Positions 1-12,713 of a DNA stretch of 64,000 nucleotides are shown one piece after another. The stretch is taken from positions 183,647 through 247,646 of the forward strand of contig WELB01000004.1 in NCBI GenBank assembly GCA_009602725.1, read 5' to 3'. The DNA is from Spirogloea muscicola. Lineage: Eukaryota. Below the pieces are notes generated by a model. It searched no databases. It had not been told where the DNA came from and saw nothing but the letters and a program-made list of their open reading frames with translations. Made by a program: the position numbers and the translations under genes. Each line of letters begins with the position of its first letter. Within the stretch, counting starts at the first letter, position 1.

Positions 1-2217
1 CCCCACGCTGGCCGCCGCCGCCGCGCTCGCCGTGCTCGGCACCCTCGCCCTGCTCGCCAGCCTCCGCGCGCCCGCTGCGCTCGGCTGGCGCCACCGCCTT
101 CCACCCGTCGCGCCGCCGCTCGAGTCAGTGCCACAGCCCTGCCTTCCTGGGAGCTGGCTGTTGTGGGGACGCCATCCCAGTGGCGCAGCTTCGCATGCTC
201 TGCGGCGTCTCAGTCCGTCTCGCGTGTGCATCGGCACCTCGTTGCGGGTGCCTCGATGGAGTGTCGGCAGCACTCTGATGGCTTCCCCGTGACCTGCCGG
301 CCCCTCTCAGTCAGCAGTACACCGTGCTGATCAACACATGGAAGAGGCACAGCCTGCTGCGGAGGACCGCGGCGCACTACGCCAAGTGCGACATGGTGCA
401 TTCCGTGCGAGTCGTCTGGAGCGAGCCGCAGCCGCCTCCCTCGGACTTGCGCGCCTCTATGGCCCAAGTGAGACTTGCTCGCTTGTCCAACTTGGGCACC
501 AGCCTGGCCAGATGGATGGCCCGTCTTTCCTTTGGTAGACTGGTTGCTGTTGTGGAGGCTCAGGTCCAGACACCAACATCTTTGAGCTCGACTGCTCCCT
601 TCTGCCCTTGCCTTAGGGTGCACTCTAATGGCAGGCGGACGTACAAGTTGCATGCAAAGTTGGCACAGACCCATGGTCAGTGAGGCTAAGAGTCCATGCA
701 TGCTATTGTGAAGGATGTCAAGGAGGCCTCCAAACGACATCCTCAGCCGACAGTACTACAATTCGATGTCCACAAACAGGACAGCCTTAACAATCGCTTT
801 AAGCCACTTGAGGGGCCACAGACAGGTGTGATTGGGACGAAGTAGGCGTGATCATGTTGGCACTCCAGTCTAGCTTACTAGCTACTTTGTTAGGTCCAAC
901 AAGGACACAGAAGCTCCCCAAGGGGGGCTGGTTGTCAAAGTTTCGAGCTTTTCTCTGCTTGTACTTGACTCAGCAAGCAGGTGAGCTGACTCAGTGTCAT
1001 AGTACTCTCGATGCAGGAGCAATCTTTTCTGTTGATGATGATGTTATCATCCCTTGCTCATCTATGGATGTCGCATTTGCAACGTGGGTAGCTGCACCCG
1101 ACACGATGGTGGGCTTTGTGCCGCGCATGCATTGGATCACAGGCAAGATGGTGAGTCTGCTGCATAAGCATGAACACTGTATCTTGGCATGTTTGCACCA
1201 TCTTCATAGCATGCATAAGGATCACAGCCGTATGGCCTACCATTATGCTGTCAACAGTAGAAAGCTTGATGTGCAATGTGAGAGTATTGCATCCCAAGTT
1301 TCTCAAATTGGGCTTCAGACGCTTGAACTAACAAAGATGACGGTTGCAAATCTGATACATGAGTTGCAGGACAGTGAGCATGGCCTTGCATACAAATATG
1401 GAGGGTGGTGGTCAGTGTGGTGGACTGGAACCTACAGTATTGTGCTGAGCAAGGCTGCCTTTGTACATCACAAGTACTTTGAGTCGTACACCAACCTACC
1501 ATCCGACCTTCTTGAGTTTGTACACAAGGGCAGGTGAGAAGGCCAGTTACCTTTAAGAGTATTGTATTGCTTGTTCCTGTAGCCATTGCAGTGGTCATTC
1601 TGGTGGTCAACTCTGTCAATGTTATCATTTATACGACCTGGAGCTCTGATGAAAGTGTGAACAGCCCTGGTATGCATGCTGGGTGATTCCATTGTGAAGC
1701 TCGGATGCTTTTGTATGCGAAGCCGTTAAGTCGCCCTCAAGCAGCAGAAATGATCTCCGCAGAAATTGTGAGGACATTGCACTGTCATTCCTCGTCGCTA
1801 ACATCACCAGAGTACCTCCCATCTGGATATCAAGTACAGCTTGCAGCCCTTTGCCTAATTTGCTTCTTGATCTTTGTATAGTTGCATATCGACCATTCAC
1901 ACCCTTTTGTTGTAGGTGCATATCAAAGATTCGCGCTATTACCTTGAGTTGGTGAAGAAAGCTCAGGCAAGGTTGCATCGCTGCTAACACACAGTCAATT
2001 GGTGTCGCTCAAAAGGTCGTGGAGCTATATTCTGCTCTTATCTTGCTGCGCAGGCCATGTCGCTGAACTAAGTCACTCAGGTGCCATCAGCAGCGCTAAG
2101 GCCCACAGTAGGAAGCGCACTGAATGCGTTAACAGGTTTGTGGAGGTCTTTGGTCACATGCCCCTTGTACAAAGTCACGTCAAAGTGGTAGATGCTCGTG
2201 CCTCCCTTATCTGGTGA
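1..2217 (+). CDS. EPC1: Glycosyltransferase family 64 protein (EPC1/GMT1-like), 5'-partial, about 7 exons
   Basis: Spliced exons give an N-terminal TM anchor, YTVLINTWKR, VVWSEP, DSLNNRFKP, AIFSVDDD (DXD), VGFVPRMHW, YGGWWSVWWTGTYSIVLSKAAF, RNCEDIALSFLVAN, RKRTECVNRF; stop TGA at 2215-2217; GT-AG boundaries. Confidence 0.92.
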
Positions 2218-2824
2218 TAGCCGCATGTGGAATAAGAGGCCCTTCCTTCTGACAAGCCTATATTCACGTGGTCTACATGGCCTTGTGAGCCATCTCTATC
2301 TCTGGACTGTCTTCCAAGCTCCCAGCTACCAAGCTCCTACAATCATCGTGAGAGTCTGCTCTGAAAATTGCTATGAAGAGTGCATCCGAACGAATCTAGT
2401 GAATGAAACTTCCAGTATCCCACAGTAAGTTGCAACATAATTGTCCTCCTGAACGGAGACCAATATGATAAGTGCGTATCACGTCACAGCCTCTTCCAGA
2501 CGTCATGATTGTCTGCTACAGATTTCATTGGATTACTGTATATTAATCATATCCATGTTCATACTTATGACCAACCCATTGCCCGTCGACTGTTCACCTC
2601 TTAGCTGACATTCCAGATGCTCTATCTCAGAAGAACCTGCAGCAGTCTGACCGATGAACACGGCAGTGTTCAGCTCCTTTGACATGGCTGTGCAGTTCCA
2701 CTGGCCTTTGTATGCCAGTTGTTGCTGCATTGGTATAACAGCCTAACAAATGATTTAACCTTTAAAATGCTCCCTTGGTTAAGAGTGCCTGCATTCAGAG
2801 CATTGGCTGACAGCCTTACTGCCC

Positions 2825-5734
2825 TCAGGAGCCTAGATCTTGCCGCAAAATGTCGCCATAAAGTGGCACTACAGGTCCACAGTTTGTCGGCCAGCAACGA
2901 TTGACTGCTAGCAAGGACACTCTGCGGCGAGGCTGCGTAGCTGGGCTCCTCATCAGGACGTGGTTCAACTCCTCCTTGAGCTTCAGGATCTCGTCCTGAA
3001 TGTCCGCCTGCACGGCACCAGAGGCGTGTGCCAATCTCCGCTCCTTTTTGGCAAGTATCCGCTCAATGCTTTTCATCTGCATAGGCACCATGTAAGAGGA
3101 GAGGTGCTCCTCAGTAAGTTGACTGCAGTGGCCGCTCTTCTGTGTGGCTCTCTTGTTGATCCTAGGCCACTAGTTTGGACTGGCACCTTCTGCCTGACAT
3201 GCTCCTGAGTGTCTCGAATCAACACTGCTCTTCTGTAGAACGTGCAATTTTAGATAATAGATATTGCTCACACTTTCATCTGTACAGTACAACTGAGGAG
3301 TATGAACACAGTAGTCAGTGCAAGACTCATGTCCCAACAGCAGAGTTCATGGGTGTTACAAGCGTGGCTGCTGTCACTGAACCTTCCGATATGGCCATCG
3401 AAGGATGCCGTTCCGTCTGCAAATCTTCTTGAGAAGTGTGGGACAGATCCCCAGCAGCTGTGCTGCTTTGCTGATGGGACGGTGAAAATGCTCCGCCAGA
3501 TCAGCTGCTTCCAGCATCGTATATTTATCCCTCTGCCAAGAAGCCAACGTGAAGTGAAAGTCAGTACTGCACGAATCAATTGCACTGAGGCTGCTAGTAG
3601 GAGGGCAATGTAATCGTCTGTACATAGATAAATCATTGCTGGATAGCTTTGAGGTTTCAATCTATGACCAACTATGTATAGATCGTTGCAGACACCTTCC
3701 CATCTTCAGGCAGCGCGCTGTTCACCCCACCATTTGCCTGTTGTGATGCATCAGCATGTCGACGGACGCTGAAACCTTCGTCTGCTTTTCCTAGACTCAC
3801 CACATCAGATCAATGTCAAGTCACTTTGTATCGGTCATATTCAGTGATCATGCTGCCTGTAATTTGAGCTGCCAATAAATGAAAGGCCGGTAAAGCACGC
3901 GAAGATTAGGATATTATGCACTGCTTGTATAGCCAAGCCCGTTTGCAATTGTGCAGATTATGTATTTCATTGAGTTGATACCGTGTCAGAGACCTTGAGT
4001 GCTGCACCTAGTCGAAGAGCAACCAGCCGAAGTCGGAAAAGGGTGGAGAAGCCGGGACGGAGTTGCGCTCAGCAAGCTCTGGAAGAACCCTGCGAGTGAT
4101 GCCTTATTCTGGTTTGGTAGTAAGCTGAGGTGTTCGGACAGCGAGTCGTGGTCAAGGTGGAACGAGTTGCGGTGGCGGAGCAGGCAATATTGCAGGAGGA
4201 ATTTCGGCAGGTAGCCTTGGTCTTCCTCGGGAATCCTTGCAGCATACGAGAAAGAGTGAGCCGTGTACTGTGAGAGCTCCTGACACTGCACATGGATACC
4301 ATGCAGATGGCAAAGTACCACGCTTGCTGTGCAGCTGTCGAGGAGGCCAGCAAGGAGTCTCGCCAACACATTGCTGTACAAGCACTTAGTGGCATTGCAC
4401 AATTGGAAAGGGAGAGCAATAAACAACAAAATACAGGGTCAGCTCACATGAAGGTCTGACGAGATGCTGGCAGACGAATGTCCTCGTCGAGATGCCTGGT
4501 CTCCAAGACGATGTGAAAAGTCTCCCCCCTGTGCACCTCCAGCTTTGCCTCCTGGAAGCCTGCAAAGTGCATGCAGCAGACGATGAAGAAAGCTGGCTTT
4601 CTAGCGGACATGGCAGGTGTTCGGCAGACGTCGACCTTGTGCCTGCACACGTCGTCTGTCACGCGGAGGTTTCATCAAGCCTTCAGGCATCACTGTTGAT
4701 CGTCGGCAGACAGGCTTCCACTGCAGCTGTCTACTGCACGAAGTTTTGGGTTGTTTAGCACTGACCATCGCTGTGAATGAGGGCCCCTGTCAAGGTGCAG
4801 CTGCCGCACTCCTGCATCTGCTGGCTCTCGCCAACTGGGTCGGTGAGGCCAGCACCGGAGCGCGGCGCCGGGGCGGACAGCGAGAGGCTGCCGGCTCGGT
4901 CACTGTTCTCCATCTCACTGGACGTCGGAGGGCCGATTTGCACGGCCCCGTCGCCGCCAATGGGCGGGGAACCTGCGGTGCGCTCACGGAGGGTCGTTAA
5001 TTCAGCGGCAGCCGCCATCCAGCGAGGCCTGCTGCTACCACGGCCATGGTGGCTGGCTGATCCCAGGCCCGATCGACGCACCGACAAAGAAAAGATGGAG
5101 CCGTGGGCACCGGTCTAACAATGCAGCATTGCATGAGTACGCCACTACTGCTGGACTCCGAGGACAGCTGCCAATTTCCAGAGCTTGAGGTTATGGCGAA
5201 TGATAAGGCGGGCCTACTTCAGCTTTTCTGCGGGGCCAAGCAGCCATGCATTCTCCACACACAGGAGCTCCGTGCATCAGATTGTGGGTGAGATAAGCGA
5301 GTGGACGTGGTACTGCGTATATACTTTCATATTGGGTGGCAGGCTGCAGTGCGCAGAGCTGAGGCGAGCCGCCGCCATCGAGGGCGGAGCCGTGGAGGTG
5401 GTCGCAGCTCCAGGCGTGCGCGGCGCAGGCGCCATGGCCGGGGCTCCACGAGAAGCTGGTGCGGGCGCAGAAGCTACGGCGGCGGCCCACGGAGACGAGG
5501 CTCGGAGCCGAGCCCGGGCTGCCGCCGCCATGGGTGTCAAGCGGGAGGAGCCAGCCGGAGGCGGAGGGCACGGCGTCGACGAGGCGCAGCGGCGGCGACG
5601 ACGAGCCGGCGCCGTCGTCGGCCAGCAGGCCCCACAGGAGGCCGTCCAGCGCCTCCGCGTCCGGGTCTGGGCACCCGCCGAGCCACTCCGGACATGCCAG
5701 CGGCGGCGACGGCGGCGGCGGCGCNGAGGGCCAT
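2825..5734 (-). CDS. RWP-RK transcription factor, RKD5-like; start uncertain (N at 5725)
   Basis: RWP-RK domain LAEHFHRPISKAAQLLGICPTLLKKICRRNGILRWPYRK (about 3380-3510), followed by the helix MKSIERI..EILKLKEEL. Upstream CxxC..LIHSDG..KLEVH..FHIVLE and KFLLQYC..R..F...D.LS blocks resemble RKD5-type proteins. No PB1 or GAF domain seen. Confidence 0.85.
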
Positions 5735-6355
5735 GGCTGCCCGCGGCGGCGGCGGCGGGCTGCAGGCGGGGACGGGCGCCCGGCTGGCCCGCGGGGACCG
5801 GGCTCGGGGGGATGGACGTACGGGCGGCGGCGGATGATATCAAACGAGCGGCTGTTTAGAAACAGCTCGTCCAACGTAAGGCCAGTGGCTGAGAGAGAAA
5901 TGGCTCTCCCAATGGGGGCAATGTGAGGGGCCAGCCCAGAAGAAGTGTACAATGTGAAACAAGGAAGACTCTTACTGTGAAGGCGATGGCTGTCTTCTTG
6001 GGCCAGCCCACAAAAGAGAAACAAAATCCGAAGGGTGCCAGAAAGCTCTGAAGCTCACAGCGACTGGCTGTGAAGAAGAAGAAAGGGCGAGTCGAGGGCG
6101 ATGGCTGTGATTGGCAAGCCCAAAAGAAGAATAAATTCCAGCCAGGTGCATACAGAAGAAGAAGTGGCACTCCCAATGGGGGCAAGGGCTGCGAAAAGCC
6201 AGCCCAAAAAGAATTGACAAAGGTTTGGAGGGCATACAGAGGGTGATCACAAGTACGTTGTCGTGTTTGGTAGTGGAGTCCTTTTTCGACACCTCTTTCT
6301 TTGGCTTTGGACATTGTCCATTCCTTTTGGGCTGGCTTTGCCAGCCCCTCTTCTC

Positions 6356-8401
6356 CCACCTAATTGCCTGATTGGGGTGCGCCAGTGCGAGTGTGGCTTC
6401 CGTGCAGTGGGTGCTGAGCTCGCCACTCACATGCTGAGATGCCCCACAGGACCAGAAGTGGTGGGCATCCACAACCTCCTCCGCGGTGCCCTGGCGGGCT
6501 TGTTGCGCGACGCCGGCTACCGTGCGGTCTTAGAAGTCAACAACATTATGCCGATTACCACGGACGCCCAGGGACGTCATCATCGCCGCACACTTGACAT
6601 TGTGGGCGTTGTCGTGCTATATCCTGTCGACTGCCTATTTGTGTCGATCTGACTAGGACAGCTGACTGGGCTTCACTCGTGGCCTTACTAGGCTGACTCA
6701 TTCACTTCGGTGGGTGATTCACGCTGAGGATGAAGGACCACTTTTCTCCCTATGTGGCTCCTAGGCTGGGTCATACACTTTTGTGTGTGATTCACGCTGA
6801 CAATGGAGATTCCACCCACCTCTGACTCTCTCTCGGCGACACCGACTTTCTCTTTCGGCGACACCAACGACATCGACCGCTCCTCAATGCGGACGACAAC
6901 AACAACATCGACCGCTCATCAAATGCGGACGACTACAACAACGGAGCGACTACAAGGGCCCAGGCCCACACGCGACGCCGACCGTCAGAAGACCGTTCGA
7001 GGCGCAACGAGGAAGGCCCATCTGAAAGTACCTCAACCACCAACAAGACCGTGAAGGTGGGCGCGAAGCGGTGGCGGGGCGATCGTGGAATGGATGGCGG
7101 ACGGCCCACGACAGCCACCATCCAGCTTAGCCAACCAGCGTAGCCTACGGCCGAACCTGGCCTATCAGGTAGCGCTAGGATCTTTGCCGCGCCCGGCCCA
7201 AGTCGGGGCGAGCAGCCCTTGCAAAGCAGTCCGCTTTGCAAGTCTGACCCTCTTGCCGCGAGCCACGCCTGCGCCAACGCCACGCCTGCGCCAACGCCGC
7301 GCCATAGAAGCGTAGAGCCTAGGGCAGGAGCCGCAGCAGCTAGTCAACCTTCGCACGGACCCGCGGCGCGACTGCAAGAAGTCGTGGTGATTCTTTGGTG
7401 AGCAGCCTCGAGTATTGAGCTGCGTGTCGCAAGCTACACCAGGCTGAGCTCTTGTTCTCAGGTTGCATCAGTCAAGGCTGTGCACTGAGGCCTTGTAGCC
7501 CTATCATCGATTGCATTACTGACCTTGCACAAGTGACGAGCTTGTGGACAAGGGACTGCACATTTGCTTGTGTGTGTGCTTTCATATTGCTCGCAATCAC
7601 TCAGTAGACAGTCATCACTCGTACACAAACTACAGGTTCTGATTTGGACAATTCTGTACTTCCTTCTTATGTTGTGAGACTATTGACAATTCTCAATGTT
7701 GGCCTGTCATTGGACTGTTTCCTTTCAGTTTGGCCAACAGGATCGACACTTCCATTCGGTTTGTTACCTGTGTAGTCTGGCACATCACTGTTTGTCTTTA
7801 TTCTAGACCTATCGACGCCATTGCGCAATCGACGCCATCTCGCATGACAGCGTGCAACCTGTTGGAGGACCACGGGCCCTGGTCGACGTGGTTGTTACGG
7901 AAGCGTACAAAGGTCCAGCATCGACACAAATCGCTGGCCACGCAGTGGGCATTGCAGAGCAGAGAAAGCTACAGCACTACTCCGACTACCCCCGGTGCGA
8001 TCAGCTCCTGCCAGCTGCAGTTGACACCTTTGGCTGTCTGGGTCCGCGTTTCCACACCCTCCTCCACAACATTGCCAATCTAGGCTACACACGACGTGCA
8101 GATGTGTTCCCGGCTGAGATGTGCTTGCCAGCTGCATATCTGTCTTTCTTGCAACGACGAGTTTTGGCCTGTTTGCAGCGTGCCCAGGCTAATGCCTTGC
8201 ACCAGAAAGCTGGGCGAGCTGTAGTTGGTGGCAAAAGGGCTTCTTATCTGACATCTAGTATTCAGGCATCGATTAGCGACCTTTATGTTTTGACCCGCGG
8301 TTACTGAGCGGGTCATTCTGCTGTAGGTTATGTAGGTCTTAGATGTGCTTGCCTTTGTACTTGGCCATTTGGCCTTCGTTTGTTTCAAATACACGAAAAT
8401 T
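6356..8401 (+). mobile_element. 5'-truncated CRE-like non-LTR retrotransposon (zinc knuckle + restriction-like endonuclease), family A, interrupted by a solo LTR
   Basis: CECG..THMLRC..IHNLLR..LEV..RRTLDIVG / VQPVGGPRALVDVVVT..AEQRKLQHY..LPAAVDTFG..LQRAQA..SDLYVLTRGY*. 3' end AAATACACGAAAATT. 8-bp TSD CTCTTCTC at 6348-6355 and 8402-8409. Confidence 0.85.
6610..7849. mobile_element. Probable solo LTR (1240 bp)
   Basis: Termini TGTCGTGC...GCATGACA (7/8 inverted match, TG..CA). 4-bp TSD GCGT at 6606-6609 and 7850-7853. No recognisable coding capacity. Short internal tandem repeats near 6869-6940 and 7262-7296. Confidence 0.75.
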
Positions 8402-8927
8402 CTCTTCTCTATGGGCGAGCACTTCTTCGGCTGGCCTTCGGCTGGCCTCTCACAGCGATCACAAGTGTATTAGCGGAGCCACAGGCTGGGCAAATGTTCA
8501 CAAGTATATCAGCGGAGCCACAGGCTGGGCAAACGGGGCGCTCTGGTTCATCCTCTTTTGGGCTGGCTTTTTCCAGCCCCTATCCTCAATGGGCGAGCCC
8601 TTCATGTTACTACCGTCAGGGGGGTTTGGGGGAGCCCGAAGCCACGTGGCGGACGATGAGGCCCCCGGCCGCCCGCCCGCCCAGAGGCGGGGTGGGCCCC
8701 GGCGCATGGCGACCGTCCGCTGGCGCCAATCGGGCGGCGCAAGGCGGCGCCGCGGGCGCCCACGTGGCGGCGCGCCGACACCAGCCCTCCCATCACTCAC
8801 CACCAGTGCCCCGGGCCCCTTGCTTCGCTTCTCATGGTGGGCGCCCTCCGTTTCACTGCCTTTGCCTCGCACTAGGAACAGCCGCATTCTCCTGACGGAT
8901 ACCGTCGTCGCCACCAGCAAGAGAGTA

Positions 8928-9420
8928 GGCGCGCGGTGCGCATGAAATGAAGTGGTGGCCAATTCAAGCCAATACATTGTACATCCGAAAGCTAGTACAG
9001 TCCTGTAGCCCCAAATGTGGCTATATGAAACGAAGCCCTGTGCTAAGGTGGCCAAGGAAACAGTGTGACGTTAGCGCCCAGCATGCTGATGAATAGCGAG
9101 GGAACTGGAAGGGAGGCCAATCCGAGCCTGACAAAGTCCTGGGAACGGGGGGCAATAAGCCGTCTAAGGGGGGTCTCTACTACCTACGAGTGAGCACATC
9201 CGTATCCGAAGCTATGCTGAGGAGCCAGACCACACCACCATGCAAGCCATCAGCCTGGCCTCGTGGGCGGGCTGGGCGCACCACCGTGCGCCCAGTGCAG
9301 ACTCAGCGCAAGCCGCATTCTGGAGCGGGCAACTGTTGCTGGCGGGACGCTAGAATGCCCAAGAAGACGGCCAGCAAGCATGGGGCCCGGACAAGCAGCA
9401 AACCAATGTTATTGCCGTCA
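8928..9420 (-). mobile_element. Decayed CRE-like retrotransposon 3' fragment, family C
   Basis: Similar to 21822-22362 (VLTR.. terminus near 9185-9200) and ends in the shared terminal motif ...TTCATGCGCACCGCGCGCC. Confidence 0.65.
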
Positions 9421-9518
9421 AGCCGCCACCGTCGCGCGCCGTGTCGGCGCGGCCCCGCTCCCCGTCGCGCGAGCCAAGCCCCCCCCCCCCTAGCCCCGCC
9501 GCCGCCACCGCCGCCGCC

Positions 9519-12101
9519 ATGGGCGCCGNNNNNNNNNNNNNNNNNNNNNNNNNNNNNNNNNNNNNNNNNNNNNNNNNNNNNNNNNNNNNNNNNNNNNNNN
9601 NNNNNNNNNNNNNNNNNNNNNNNNNNNNNNNNNNNNNNNNNNNNNNNNNNNNNNNNNNNNNNNNNNNNNNNNNNNNNNNNNNNNNNNNNNNNNNNNNNNN
9701 NNNNNNNNNNNNNNNNNNNNNNNNNNNNNNNNNNNNNNNNNNNNNNNNNNNNNNNNNNNNNNNNNNNNNNNNNNNNNNNNNNNNNNNNNNNNNNNNNNNN
9801 NNNNNNNNNNNNNNNNNNNNNNNNNNNNNNNNNNNNNNNNNNNNNNNNNNNNNNNNNNNNNNNNNNNNNNNNNNNNNNNNNNNNNNNNNNNNNNNNNNNN
9901 NNNNNNNNNNNNNNNNNNNNNNNNNNNNNNNNNNNNNNNNNNNNNNNNNNNNNNNNNNNNNNNNNNNNNNNNNNNNNNNNNNNNNNNNNNNNNGCCGCCG
10001 GCGAGGGAGGCAGCGGCGGCGGCCGCGGCGGCGCGCAGAGCCTGCACCACGGCCGCGGCGCGGAGCGCGCCATCAGGGACATCTTCAAGAGGTGACTGCT
10101 CTTGCAGCGCTGCGGTCTAGATTCAGAGGTCATGGGTTCAAAGCGGGCTCTCCGCAGCACCGAGGCGCTTGCGGAGCAGTGGGAGAACGGGGCTCGTCCA
10201 TAGCGCGCCCACAGCGCTGTGCGGCAAGCGAGCGAGGAAGCGGTGGTGCTCTTGAAGCAGGGATTTGGTTGCGGCTTGTGTCACCAGTCAGTGGCTACAA
10301 GGTCATTATCACTGACGCTGTGGTGGGTGCTGCAATTGTGCGATCGTGGGAGCAGCACCCATGGTGGTGCAGAGGCAGTGGTGAACCACCTGACGCGCTC
10401 CATGGAGCTGGGCGGCGAGGTAATTGGCAGGCCGAGCATACTGATCACTCACCTGATGTTGCTTGACAGTGGCGGGAAGCTCGACATTATCTTGTTTGAG
10501 GAGCGGCCGAACTCACCAAATTCCGATGCGCTTGCCCGGCTTGAGCGGATCACATCCACGTTGTGACGCCCTCAGCTCGCGTCTATGACCAGCTGAGAAG
10601 GCTCCGCTTCTGATGCCATCTTGCAGGATGCTGTCATTTGGAACGACCTCTCGCTAGCCCATCGCGCATCGAACGATCTCGACAGGGCGCTGCTCAGCAT
10701 GAAGCGGGCACTGGAGCTGGAGGTCAGCTCCACGTTCTCAATGCCATTTGCATTCCTGATGCAAAGCATGGCTGTGGATGTGGCTTTGTACAATCCCCAA
10801 GCTGATCACAGCGTTGACTGTGCCGCGCCGCATCCTGCACGCAGACGCATGCTGACCTTTGGATGAACTTTGGATCGGTGCACTACCTCCTTGGCAACTA
10901 CGATGACGCTGTAAGTGTCACCCAGACTGGCAACTTCCGCGGTTGCTCAGGGAGCAGCTCTCTGGTGGGACTCACCGAGCTACCCAGTGCACTGCGCCGG
11001 CACTGTGCTGGAGAGGCCATGCCACTCAAGGTGCACTGTTTGTCTTGTCGAAGCCTGAGTGCTTGAGTGCCCACTGGCTTGTTGGTTTGCCCAGGCGGAC
11101 GCCTTTTGCGAAGGCCTGCAGCTTGACGTACGGCATGCGCTGCTGCACTACTGCCTTGGCAACACGCTCTTTGTCCTCGGCTTCAGGGCATGTCCCGAGC
11201 TCCCTTTGCACTTCCCTTGCCGTCAACGACAGCAATGAGATTGCTTGCTGCCGTAGTTTTTATCTGCTTGTAATAGTAGGCTGTACTCATTTCGAATTTC
11301 ACAATTGAGCCCTAAATTCCTGGTAGGACTGTGTGGCATGCGGGCTATCTGGCCGGAGCCTATTCAGCAGATGACTTGCTCAAGGTCGGCAAGGTCCGGT
11401 TGCTTGTTGTGCAGAAGGACGCTGTGTTCCACGTACAGGAGAGCACAGTACTTAAGGGGGACTTCATTGAGGCCTTCAGGTACGAGTCGCCAGAACGCAG
11501 CGCTTGGTGGTCACATGTAGCAGAGGCACAAAGTTAGCATCCTACAGACAGCTGTATTGCTTGGTCATTAATTGATATAGTAGATATAGTAGATAGATAG
11601 ATATGGTATGAATATAGAAATAGACATGGTATTAGATGGCATCCTCACATCCTAGAGCTGGATGCAAGCAACCTCAGATTTTAAAGGGGGGTAGCTGCGC
11701 ATCTTGTCTCTCTGAAGTATGTTGAAGGGCTTGCCCTTAAGCCTTCGCTCTCACCCTATTCAGGCGCCTGAAGGTGCTTCAGTCTCAGACAAGAAAGCAA
11801 GGGGCTGAGCAAGCTTGCGCTTGGCTTGTGCTCGGAGGGTTAGCTTTTGCTGGCTTCTGTGCAGCTGGGCAGCACTTGGTCAAGGTAGTGTCCTCCTCCT
11901 TCAGCTGTCCTGCTTGCTCCTCATCCCCTTTCGTACTGCATACCTCAAGCACAGCAGAGGGCAGCCTCATCAGGTGTCATGTATTTATCAATAAGCCTTC
12001 GCGCTATCTTGACGTCCTTTGCGGGCCAGGTCATGGTGATGCAGAAGCCTACCTCGGGCAAGCCAGCGGCCCACCGTATCCTCAAGAAGAAGAGGCATTA
12101 G
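9519..12101 (+). CDS. TPR-repeat protein with C-terminal transmembrane helix and basic tail; 5' part partly in gap
   Basis: Exons DAVIWNDLSLAHRASNDLDRALLSMKRALELE, ADLWMNFGSVHYLLGNYDDA, ADAFCEGLQLDVRHALLHYCLGNTLFVLG, DAVFHVQESTVLKGDFIEAFR|RLK..AWLVLGGLAFAGFCAAG..K|VMVMQKPTSGKPAAHRILKKKRH*. Gene model assembled by eye. Confidence 0.65.
9529..9993. other. Assembly gap (N run)
   Basis: Run of n. Confidence 1.
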
Positions 12102-12713
12102 GCCGCTCCAGCCGAGACCCCTTCCTGGAATGAAGCAGCTCCAGTGGCAGGACGAGGGTCGCTTTCTGTGACTTCTTAATTAGCAGCAGCAGCCTTGGCT
12201 GCTTGATGTCCCTCCGGAGGAGCGGCTGCCTACTGTACCAGCTATGATGCATGCACAGTGGAGCGGCAGTAGAGGCCCTTAGATAGCCCCGAGGCATTAT
12301 TAACGTGCTCCTGCTATGCACGCTGCCATCCTCCCCTCCCGTTACTGGGGTAGTGAAGGCTTGTGTAGCTCGCTGACCCTCAAGGTCATCACGGCGAGCC
12401 CCTGTATATGCAGCTTCTTTTGCGGCAATGCCAACATCTCTTCCCTCTGCTATTTGGTCAACTGGACTGTAATAATCACCATTCAAACAGCACGCCTCTT
12501 TCCTTGTGATTCAGCCCCTGCAGATGCGTAGGCGTGACGCTTGCCTATGCCACCAAAGTCAGGTGAATCTGAGCAGAGAGTGGGCAAACAACGTGACCAC
12601 TGGGTTGCCTGCAAATTATGAGGAAGTATCCTTGAAAGAAAGGCTGGACACTTGCAGCTAAGCACAGTACTGCCGTACTTGTATGTGGTTGGGGGCTGCG
12701 GAGGAGCCTTGTG

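Noticed and set aside
6329..6360. 3' stem-loop motif as an HDV-like or hammerhead ribozyme
   Set aside because: I could not find the P3/L3/P1.1 nested architecture or the CUGANGA/GAAA cores.
8465..8535. Duplicated ~39-bp unit (cacaagt.tat.agcggagccacaggctgggcaaa)
   Set aside because: Two-copy local slippage duplication within TE debris; no further structure.
9190..10466. Long ORFs spanning N gaps (also 33042-34575, 50757-51682, 57329-58908)
   Set aside because: Artefacts of translating N runs and poly-C or GA repeats.
12082..12486. Minus-strand ORF, with a neighbouring frame ending ..SQGCCC* (prenylation-like)
   Set aside because: No recognisable domain or consistent exon chain; it lies in the 3' regions of two convergent genes.
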